NCBI GenBank assembly: GCA_036375115.1
Contig: DASUSM010000297.1
Coordinates: forward strand, 1 to 52,644
Length of the DNA stretch: 52,644 bases
DNA from: Gemmatimonadaceae bacterium
Lineage (GTDB): Bacteria; Gemmatimonadota; Gemmatimonadetes; Gemmatimonadales; Gemmatimonadaceae
Direction: 5' to 3'
The translations under genes and the position numbers were made by a program. Shown here piece by piece: positions 45,196 through 52,644 of this stretch; position 1 is the stretch's first letter, and each line of letters begins with the position of its first letter. The notes under the pieces are model-generated. The model saw nothing but the letters and a program-made list of their open reading frames with translations, ran no database searches and had not been told where the DNA came from.

Positions 45196-48096
45196 TCACT
45201 TGCGCGGCTGCACCGGGTTCGGATTCACCGTGCCGCCGGTGTCGTCCTCGGCGGCGAACAGCTCGCCGTAGTTGTCGATCCGCCCGGGCTCCGACCCGCT
45301 CCGCTCGACGGAGAGCGTGCCCGCGACGTCCGCCCAGACGCCCTCGGGAATCGTCACGAGCGCCTTCGCGCCCACGTACACGTCGCCGAGCACCGGCGTG
45401 CCGGTCGTCAGCGTCACGCCGGCGGGATTCGCGACGCTCACGTGACGGAAGTGCTGGAGCGCGCCGCCGTCCCCCGGCGTACCGGGGAGGGCCAGCGACA
45501 CGCGCTGCTCCTGCTCGACGCCATCGAACACCACGCGGAAGGTGCCGTTCGCGCCCGGCGCGAAGCACTCGGCGGTCTTGCAGACGACCGCGAAGTCGCC
45601 TCCGACGCGCAGGGTGCCGTAGAGCAGCGCGAGCGCCGTCGGGCCGCCATCGATCGTCACCGCGCCCTTCACCGTCACGTCGTCGGCGTCGTTCCGCATC
45701 GCGAGGACGCCGCCCTTCCCCGTGACGAGATCGCCGGCCACGACGAGCCGCGTCCCGGCGGGCTCGAGCTCCGCCGCCTCGCCCTCGATGACGAGCGATC
45801 CGCCGATGGTCACGTCCTCGGGCCCGGCCAGCGTCGCCGATCCCGCGACGCGGACGTCCCGATACGCGAGCGCCGAGCGCAACGGCTGCCGCTCCCCGAG
45901 CAGCTCGAGCACCGCGTGGCCGGCGCCGAGCGCGCCGATCATCGTCGTCCCCTTCGCGCCGCCGAGTCGAAGCACGCCCACCGAGATCGTCGAGGAGAGC
46001 GCGTCGATGTCCCCGGCCACCGTGACCGTTCCCGCACCGGCGACGTCGCCGCCGGTGACGACGAGCGAGAGACCGCCGTCGACGCCGCTCGCGCCGCCCT
46101 CGAACGTCAGGCGCGCCGGGCGGACGCCGTCGTCGCGCAGCGCGCCCGCGATCCGGACGTTCTCGAAGCGCACGCCGGCCGTGGACTCGTTCGCGACGAC
46201 GACGTCGGCGAAGTGCTGCGCGCTCGCGCCGGGCATCTCCATGAGCGCGAGCTGCGCCGCCTTGCCGGCGAAGACGACGAGGAGCCCCGGATCGGCCGAG
46301 AAGGCCTCGAGCCCCCTGGCCTGGAAGTCGCCGCGCACGACGAGCACGCCGGCGGCGAGCGAGCCGCGCGAGTCGCCGCCGGAGAAGTCCGCGGCACCGC
46401 CGACGTCGACCGAGTCGCCGGGCGTGTCCATGACGAGCATCCCGCCGCCCGTCGTGCCGAGCGTGCCGCCGACGACGATGGTGTGCCCGGCGGGGCGGAA
46501 GCGTCCGAGGCCGGAGACGACGAGCTGTCCCGACGCGCGCACCCCGCCGCCCGCGCGAACGTCGGCGACGACGAGCAGCGAGGGGAAGTCGCCCGCGACC
46601 GTATCGCCGGCGGCGCCCGCGAGCCGCACCGTGCCGGCGCCGGTGACCGTCCCCGTCGCGCTCCCCGCGATGGTGAGCGTGCGGTCCACCTGGAGCGAGG
46701 CGCCCGCCGCGACCGTCAGCGTCGCAATCGTCGCGTCCGCCGCGAGCACCGGCGCGAAGGCCGCCGACGGAACGACGACGGTGTCGCCGGCGGCGGGGAC
46801 GCCCGCGGGCGACCAGTTCGCGCCGTTCGTCCACGCCGTCGGCGCGGCCGCATCGCCGCCGATCCAGGTGCGCGCCAGCGGCGCCAGGTCGAGGACGTCG
46901 ACCGTCACCGTCCCCTCGACGCCGTCGACCGTCGCGGTGATCGTCGTCGTCCCCGTCCCCACGGCGGTGACGCGCCCCGCACCGTCCACCGTCGCGATCG
47001 TCGTGGCGCCCGACGTCCAGACGGCCGACGGCTGGGACACGAGCGCGCCGGCGGGGTCCCGCACCTCGAGCGCGAGCGTCGCCGTCTCGCCCGACATCAG
47101 CGTGATCGTCGCCGGAGCGATGGCGACGGTGGCCGCGACCTGCGCGACGGTGACGAGGAGCGTGTCGGCCCGCGACGCCGCCTCGGCGACGATCGGCGCG
47201 ACGCCGTTCGAGGCCGCGGTGACGACGCCTGTGGCCGTCTCGACCGTCGCGACGCCCGGCGCCAGAGAGCGCCAGGCGATCGTCGCGTCGAGCGGCGCGC
47301 CGGTGGCATCCCGCGCGACCGCGGCGAGCGGCGCCGTCGCGCCGATCGCATCGAGCCGCACCTCCGGCGTCTCGATCGTGACCGTCTCGACCCCGCCGCC
47401 GACCGCGATCTCGGTCGAGTCGGCGGCGCCGTTGAAGAGCGTGGCCACGATGCGGGCGCGCCCCGGCGCGACGGCGGTGGCGATGCCCGTCATGCGATCG
47501 ACGGCCGCAACGAGCGGATCGCGGGAGAGCCACCCCGCGTGCACGGGGAAGAGTTGCTCGCCCTCGCCGCAGCACGCCCGCGCCTTGAGGTGCACCGTGT
47601 CGCCGACGGCGAGCGCGAAGGTGCGCGCCTCGATCGCGAAGTCGGCGACCGCGGCGTCGCGCGCGACGTACTCGAGCGCGATCCCCTCGACGAGCGATTC
47701 CTCCCCCGCGCGCACGGGCACCGTGTCGGTCGAGGCGAAGATGCGCTCCCCCTCGGCGTCGAAGGCATCGAGCCGGAAGACGAAGCGCTGCTCCCGGCCC
47801 TGGACGAGGACGTCGAAGGCGAGCGCCGCGGCGTCGCCGTCGAACCTCGCTTCCGCGTAGGCGCTGTCCGCGCGCGGGATCGGGACGAGCCACCCCGCGA
47901 CGCGGTCGAGCACGATCACCGGACCCTCGGCGACGGCGCTCTCGAAGACCGGTGCGACGGCGAGCGACGCGGGGGTGGCGATCCCGGGGCCGGCCGCGTC
48001 GTGCTCGCCGCAGGCGAGGGCGGCCGCGGCGAGGCCGGCGGCGGCCAGCGGGCGGCGGAGTCCGGCCGCGGCGTCGCGGAGGCGGAGAGTGCGCAT
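45196..48096 (-). CDS. large surface lipoprotein with Big_2 (bacterial Ig-like) domains and a Gly/Val/Ala-rich beta-helix-like region
   Basis: ORF 45196..48096(-) with an ATG start. The lipobox is AAALACG. Repeated Big_2-like units include VAAVDRMTGIATAVAPGRARIVA, ATVETATGVVTAASNGVAPIVA and IATVDGAGRVTAVGTGTTTITA. Confidence 0.8.
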   Translation of the reverse strand: MRTLRLRDAAAGLRRPLAAAGLAAAALACGEHDAAGPGIATPASLAVAPVFESAVAEGPVIVLDRVAGWLVPIPRADSAYAEARFDGDAAALAFDVLVQGREQRFVFRLDAFDAEGERIFASTDTVPVRAGEESLVEGIALEYVARDAAVADFAIEARTFALAVGDTVHLKARACCGEGEQLFPVHAGWLSRDPLVAAVDRMTGIATAVAPGRARIVATLFNGAADSTEIAVGGGVETVTIETPEVRLDAIGATAPLAAVARDATGAPLDATIAWRSLAPGVATVETATGVVTAASNGVAPIVAEAASRADTLLVTVAQVAATVAIAPATITLMSGETATLALEVRDPAGALVSQPSAVWTSGATTIATVDGAGRVTAVGTGTTTITATVDGVEGTVTVDVLDLAPLARTWIGGDAAAPTAWTNGANWSPAGVPAAGDTVVVPSAAFAPVLAADATIATLTVAAGASLQVDRTLTIAGSATGTVTGAGTVRLAGAAGDTVAGDFPSLLVVADVRAGGGVRASGQLVVSGLGRFRPAGHTIVVGGTLGTTGGGMLVMDTPGDSVDVGGAADFSGGDSRGSLAAGVLVVRGDFQARGLEAFSADPGLLVVFAGKAAQLALMEMPGASAQHFADVVVANESTAGVRFENVRIAGALRDDGVRPARLTFEGGASGVDGGLSLVVTGGDVAGAGTVTVAGDIDALSSTISVGVLRLGGAKGTTMIGALGAGHAVLELLGERQPLRSALAYRDVRVAGSATLAGPEDVTIGGSLVIEGEAAELEPAGTRLVVAGDLVTGKGGVLAMRNDADDVTVKGAVTIDGGPTALALLYGTLRVGGDFAVVCKTAECFAPGANGTFRVVFDGVEQEQRVSLALPGTPGDGGALQHFRHVSVANPAGVTLTTGTPVLGDVYVGAKALVTIPEGVWADVAGTLSVERSGSEPGRIDNYGELFAAEDDTGGTVNPNPVQPRK

Positions 48097-48281
48097 GAGG
48101 GTCCCGTGACGGCGCCCGGAGGCGCCCGATGTCGGACGGCGGAGCTGCGGCGATGGGGTGCGGAGTGGGACGAGCGAAGACGCGTCCGAATCACGCGCGG
48201 CGACGCGCCCTCGGACGGGGGGCGGGGCCCGATGGCACGTGCTATGTTATTCGGTCGGAACCCTTTCCCTACTGGAGACGC

Positions 48282-50390
48282 ATGGCAACCCAGACCCGAG
48301 CCGAGCGCAAGGGTGCCGCTGGCCTCGGCCGCGAGCAGCTCCTCGGCGCCTACCGCACGATGCTCCTGTCGCGCCGCATCGACGACAAGGAGATCCAGCT
48401 CAAGCGGCAGAACAAGATCTTCTTCCAGATCTCCGGCGCCGGACACGAGGCGGTCCTCACCGCCGCGGGGCACGCGCTCCGCCCCTCGCACGACTGGTTC
48501 TACCTCTATTACCGGGACCGCGCCCTCTGCCTCCAGCTCGGGATGACGGCGGCGGAGATGCTCTACTCCGCCGTCGGCGCGGCGAAGGACCCGAACTCCG
48601 GCGGGCGCCAGATGCCGAGCCACTGGGGACACAAGGAGCTGAACATCGTCTCGACGTCGTCGCCGACGGGGACGCAGTTCCTTCAGGGGGTCGGCTCGGC
48701 GGAGGCGTCGCTGCGCGCGAAGCTGCTCGGCATCACCGACGGCTTCCACGCCGACGAGGTCGTCCTCGTCACGACCGGCGACGGCACGACGAGCGAAGGG
48801 GAGTTCTGGGAGTCGCTCAACACCGCGTCGAACCTGAAGCTGCCCGTCGTCTACCTCGTCGAGGACAACGGCTACGCGATCTCCGTCCCGGTCGAGGTGA
48901 ACACCGCGGGCGGCTCGATCTCGAAGCTCGTCGCCTCCTTCCCCGGGCTCTTCATCCAGGAAGTGGACGGCTGCGACTTCGTCGCCTCGCTCGACGTCAT
49001 GAAGAAGGCGGTCGAGTACGCGCGCAAGCGGAAGGGGCCGGCGCTCGTCCACGCGAGGGTCATCCGTCCGTACTCGCACTCGCTCTCCGACGACGAGGTC
49101 AACTACAAGCCGGACGAGGAGCGCGAGGCCGAGGCGGCGCGCGATCCGATCACGACGTTCCCGCGCTGGCTCGTCGAGCAGGGGCACGCCACGGCGGCGG
49201 AGATCGCACGGGTGCAGGAGGAGGTCGAGGCCGAGGTGCTCGCCGCGACGGACGACGCGCTCGCGCAGGAGCAGCCGGGTCCCGAGACGGTGCAGTACGC
49301 CGTCTACTCCCCCGACGTCGACCCGACGAGCGAGCAGTTCGACACGGAGGACGACCCGCAGTTCGAGGGACAGCCGACGACGATGGTCGACCTGCTCAAC
49401 GCGTGCATGAAGGACGAGATGCGGCGCGACGAGCGGATCCTCGTCTTCGGCGAGGACGTCGCCGACGTCTCCCGCGAGCAGTACAAGGAGAAGGTCAAGG
49501 GGAAGGGCGGCGTCTTCAAGGTGACGTGGGGGCTGCAGAAGGAGTTCGGCTCGGCGCGCGTCTACAACTCGCCCCTCGCCGAAGCCAACATCGTCGGACG
49601 GGCGATCGGGCTCGCGCTGCGCGGCTTCAAGCCGGTCGTCGAGATCCAGTTCTTCGACTACATCTGGCCCGCCTACATGCAGCTCCGCGACGAGCTGGCG
49701 ACGATGCGCTGGCGGTCGAACAACGCCTTCGCCGCGCCGGTCGTCGTGCGCGTGACGTACGGCGGATACATCCGCGGCGCGATCTACCACTCGCAGACGG
49801 GCGCCTCGCTCTTCACGCACACGCCGGGGCTCCGCGTCGTCTGTCCGGCCACGGCGCTCGACGCGAACGGGCTGCTGCGCACGGCGATCCGCTGCGACGA
49901 TCCGGTGATCTTCCTCGAGCACAAGCACCTGTACCGGCAGACGTACAACAAGGGCGCCTATCCCGGCCCGAACTTCATGATCCCGTTCGGGAAGGCGAAG
50001 GTCGTGCGCGAGGGGACGGACGTGACGGTCGTGACGTACGGCGCGACCGTGCAGCGCGCGCTGGCGGCGGCGAACCAGATCGCCGAGGAGGGGGTGAGCG
50101 TCGAGGTGCTCGACCTGCGCTCGCTCTCGCCGTGGGACCGGGAGGCGGTGTACGCCTCGGCGAGGAAGACCTCGCGCGTCGTCGTCGCCTACGAGGATTC
50201 GATCTCGTGGGGTTACGGCGCCGAGATCGCGGCGCGCATCGCCGACGACTGCTTCGCCTGGCTCGATGCGCCGGTCAAGCGCGTGGCCTCGACCGACACC
50301 TTCGTCGGCTACGCGCCGCGGCTCGAGGACTCGATCCTGCCGCAGATCGACGATTTCGTGCGGACGTATCGCGAGATCATGGCGTACTGA
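48282..50390 (+). CDS. 2-oxoacid (branched-chain type) dehydrogenase E1 component, fused alpha and beta subunits
   Basis: ORF 48129..50390(+) from ATG 48282, preceded by GGAG. The alpha part has the TPP motif [15 protein letters not shown]...VEDNGYAIS. The beta part has [17 protein letters not shown] and EIQFFDYIW. Both parts are in one 702-aa frame. Confidence 0.88.
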   Translation: MATQTRAERKGAAGLGREQLLGAYRTMLLSRRIDDKEIQLKRQNKIFFQISGAGHEAVLTAAGHALRPSHDWFYLYYRDRALCLQLGMTAAEMLYSAVGAAKDPNSGGRQMPSHWGHKELNIVSTSSPTGTQFLQGVGSAEASLRAKLLGITDGFHADEVVLVTTGDGTTSEGEFWESLNTASNLKLPVVYLVEDNGYAISVPVEVNTAGGSISKLVASFPGLFIQEVDGCDFVASLDVMKKAVEYARKRKGPALVHARVIRPYSHSLSDDEVNYKPDEEREAEAARDPITTFPRWLVEQGHATAAEIARVQEEVEAEVLAATDDALAQEQPGPETVQYAVYSPDVDPTSEQFDTEDDPQFEGQPTTMVDLLNACMKDEMRRDERILVFGEDVADVSREQYKEKVKGKGGVFKVTWGLQKEFGSARVYNSPLAEANIVGRAIGLALRGFKPVVEIQFFDYIWPAYMQLRDELATMRWRSNNAFAAPVVVRVTYGGYIRGAIYHSQTGASLFTHTPGLRVVCPATALDANGLLRTAIRCDDPVIFLEHKHLYRQTYNKGAYPGPNFMIPFGKAKVVREGTDVTVVTYGATVQRALAAANQIAEEGVSVEVLDLRSLSPWDREAVYASARKTSRVVVAYEDSISWGYGAEIAARIADDCFAWLDAPVKRVASTDTFVGYAPRLEDSILPQIDDFVRTYREIMAY

Positions 50391-50407
50391 GCGCACGCGC
50401 TCGAGGT

Positions 50408-50450
50408 GATGCGGCGTCGGACCCGTCGGGGTCCGGCGCCGCATCGTTTT
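50408..50450 (+). terminator. intrinsic terminator after the E1 gene
   Basis: GATGCGGCGTCGGACCC-GTCG-GGGTCCGGCGCCGCATC is a 17-bp stem including one U-G pair. It is followed by GTTTTCG and starts 18 nt after the stop. Confidence 0.8.
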
Positions 50451-50819
50451 CGTGCACCCCGTCACCCCGGACGGCCCTCGGATGCGGTCGGGGAGAGGCC
50501 GCGTTCATCGCACGGATTCGGTCGTCCTGTCCGCCGTCGCCGGCGCCTTCGGCCGCCGAATGCCTGACGAGCGGCGCAAGTCGGTGTGCCCGCGCATGCA
50601 TCCGAATGTTTGCGCGGCGCCCACGCAGGCGACGAAATGACCGCACGACGCGACACGATGTCCGGCACTTGCACGGCCGTGACGCCCCAACAGAATGTTG
50701 CGTCGCACCAGTGAAGCACGGCGTAGCATCACGAGGCGGTGCGCAGCTACCGAACGCATCGCCGGCACCTTCGCCCGTCGAAACTCGCCGGTCGATCCGG
50801 GTACCCGACGGAGGGTCCT

Positions 50820-52640
50820 ATGCACCCCATGCATCGTCACACGTCAGTCGTCGTCCTCGCGCTCCTCGCCGTCGTCGCCTCCGCCTGCGGGTCGGAGGGT
50901 TCGCTCGGCGTCCAGGGAGACGGCTTCGAGGCGAACCCCGAGAACAAGCTCCTGCCCGCGCCGGATCTGTTCGCGCAGTGGCAGGCGCCCGAGGGCGCGA
51001 GCGCGACGCTGCTCGCGACGCCGACGGCTCGCGCATCCGCGAGCGCATCGCTCGGCACGAACCTCGATCTCGGCGACGATCAGTGCGCCCAGGTGCCGCT
51101 GCAGTTCGATTACACCTTTTACGGGTTCCACTTCACGTCCGTCTGGGTGTGCTCGAACGGCAACATCACGCTGAACGTGGACAACCCGTCGAACGCGGGG
51201 CTCCTCCCGCAGCCGAACGTGCGCATGCTCGCGCCGGCGAACGGCGACTGGCGGCCGGAGAAGGGCGCCAACAACGTCTTCGTCCAGACGGTCGGCGTCG
51301 CGCCGGGCCGCCGCTTCATCGTGACGTGGAACAACGTCCGCCTCTTCAACAGTCCGTCGCGCGGGGAGCTGCGCAGCACGTTCCGCGCGATCCTGCACGA
51401 GACGTCGAACCTGGCGGAGCTGGACTACGCGTCGGTCCGCGAGGTGCGCACGGACAAGATGCGCGCCGGCATCAGCGCGGGCACCACCAAGTACATCCTC
51501 TCCGCGACGGGGGCCGAGATCCTCGCCCTGAGCGGCACGAGCATCTGCTTCACGCCGGCCGGGACGAGCTACACCGAGTCGCGGGAGCCGTGTCCGCTCA
51601 TCGCGCCGCCGAACTCGGCGCCGACGGCGGATGCGGGCGGCCCCTACGCCGCGGAGGAAGGCTCGCCGATCCTCTTCAATGGTGTGCTGTCCGCGGATCC
51701 CGACGGTGATGCGCTGTCGTTCGCCTGGTCGTTCGGCGACGGCGGTGAGGGCACCGGAGCGGAGGCCTCGCACGTCTACGCCGACCAGGGCGCGTACCCG
51801 GTCTCGCTCCTCGTGAGCGACCCGGACGGCCTGACGGCGGAGGCGACGGCGACGGCGAACGTCTTCAACGTCGCGCCGTCGGTGTCCCTCGGCTCCGCAC
51901 CCGCGAGCGGTTTCGCCGCGATGGTCGCGCCGGCGCCCGTCCTGTCGGGCGACGTCTACCGCCTGACCGCGTCCTTCTCCGACCCGGGCGTCGGTGATGC
52001 CCCGTGGAGCTGGACGCTGAACTGGGGGAACGGCGAGACCGATCAGGGCCAGACCTCCGACCAGTCCACGCCGATCGTCGTCGAGCGCCGTCTGCTCGCC
52101 GCGGGCAGTTATGATGTCACGCTCTTCGTGAAGGACAAGGATGGCGACAGCTCGTCGGCCTCGGCGACGGTCGTCGTCAGCCGGCTCGGGCTCGAGCTCG
52201 ACATGAAGCCGGGCGACGACGATGACGACGACGATGGCGATGATGATGGCGACGACGACGATGGTGACGATGACGACGATGAGGACGGCAGTCGGAGCGT
52301 CGGCGACGACCCGCTCCAGCTGAACCTCGGCTCGCGCGGCAAGTTCTGGATCGCGATCCGCACCACGCCGAGCGTCAACGCGGCCGACGTGCTCGTCTCG
52401 ACGGTCCGACTCGGCGGTGCCCCGGTCCTCCTCGCGAGGCGCGGCATTCGGAAGGCGAAGCTGGAGGACGTGGACGGTGATGGCGACAGGGATCTCCTGC
52501 TCCAGTTCGAGACGCAGGATCTCGTGAAGGCCGGATCGGTCGGGCCGTTCACGACCTCGATCGAGCTCGTCGCCGACCTGGTCGATGGACGCCAGGGAGC
52601 GGGCTCAGGCCCGGTCGTCATCCGAGGCAGGAAGAGATAG
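50820..52640 (+). CDS. PKD-domain lipoprotein with poly-Asp tract
   Basis: ORF 50739..52640(+). ATG 50820 is preceded by GGAGG. The lipobox is VVASACG. The PKD consensus is PTADAGGPY...FSFAWSFGDG...HVYADQGAYPVSLLVSD, with a second PKD-like unit. The acidic run is GDDDDDDDGDDDGDDDDGDDDDDEDG. There is a DVDGDGDRD Ca-binding-like loop. Confidence 0.85.
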   Translation: MHPMHRHTSVVVLALLAVVASACGSEGSLGVQGDGFEANPENKLLPAPDLFAQWQAPEGASATLLATPTARASASASLGTNLDLGDDQCAQVPLQFDYTFYGFHFTSVWVCSNGNITLNVDNPSNAGLLPQPNVRMLAPANGDWRPEKGANNVFVQTVGVAPGRRFIVTWNNVRLFNSPSRGELRSTFRAILHETSNLAELDYASVREVRTDKMRAGISAGTTKYILSATGAEILALSGTSICFTPAGTSYTESREPCPLIAPPNSAPTADAGGPYAAEEGSPILFNGVLSADPDGDALSFAWSFGDGGEGTGAEASHVYADQGAYPVSLLVSDPDGLTAEATATANVFNVAPSVSLGSAPASGFAAMVAPAPVLSGDVYRLTASFSDPGVGDAPWSWTLNWGNGETDQGQTSDQSTPIVVERRLLAAGSYDVTLFVKDKDGDSSSASATVVVSRLGLELDMKPGDDDDDDDGDDDGDDDDGDDDDDEDGSRSVGDDPLQLNLGSRGKFWIAIRTTPSVNAADVLVSTVRLGGAPVLLARRGIRKAKLEDVDGDGDRDLLLQFETQDLVKAGSVGPFTTSIELVADLVDGRQGAGSGPVVIRGRKR

Positions 52641-52644
52641 GGCG

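Noticed and set aside
45098-51709. 931-, 1144-, 849- and 1183-aa ORFs (45098..47893 -, 45112..48546 +, 47916..50465 -, 48158..51709 +)
   Set aside because: All are low-complexity and span real gene boundaries and terminators. The Big_2 lipoprotein, E1 dehydrogenase and PKD genes account for the sequence.

Overview
High-GC (~70%) bacterial chromosomal segment that reads as core/housekeeping DNA rather than an accessory island. The domain architectures (CarboxypepD_reg+plug protein, 2TM Ser/Thr kinases, Big_2 and PKD lipoproteins) suggest a Gemmatimonadota-like organism; this is inference only. I can support about 39 protein-coding genes. They include ispH, an LD-carboxypeptidase, a YjjX NTPase, a poly-HAMP chemoreceptor, a DExH helicase and a DEAD-box helicase. 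They also include pfkA, an M1 aminopeptidase, an M14 peptidase, two tandem Ser/Thr kinases, lon and a GAF-PAS-GAF histidine kinase. The rest include a class A PBP, glutamine-dependent nadE, HNH and HIT proteins and a fused E1 alpha/beta 2-oxoacid dehydrogenase. Several intrinsic terminators are also visible. I saw no rRNA, tRNA, CRISPR array, transposase, integrase or recognisable defence island, so I cannot honestly name a novel multi-gene system here. Most very long ORFs in the six-frame track are Arg/Ala/Pro/Gly-rich shadow frames of the real genes, as expected at this GC content. I separated real frames by family motifs and by G/C at codon third positions. The signals most worth a second look are: (1) a SelW/Rdx-like gene with an in-frame TGA at the CxxU position and a SECIS-like hairpin, which the ORF track splits and misses; (2) G-tract-rich inverted-repeat elements in three intergenic regions, two clearly related and the third similar in style but with a different unit, each with a canonical G-quadruplex motif on one arm; (3) a 14-nt tandem repeat between convergent genes; (4) strong terminators placed 14-21 nt upstream of the HNH and DExH-helicase start codons, the former closing a ~165-nt noncoding stretch; (5) paralogous, translationally coupled kinases with no extracytoplasmic sensor; (6) an RGG-rich tail on the DExH helicase. 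All functional calls come from motif recognition by eye; no database search was possible.
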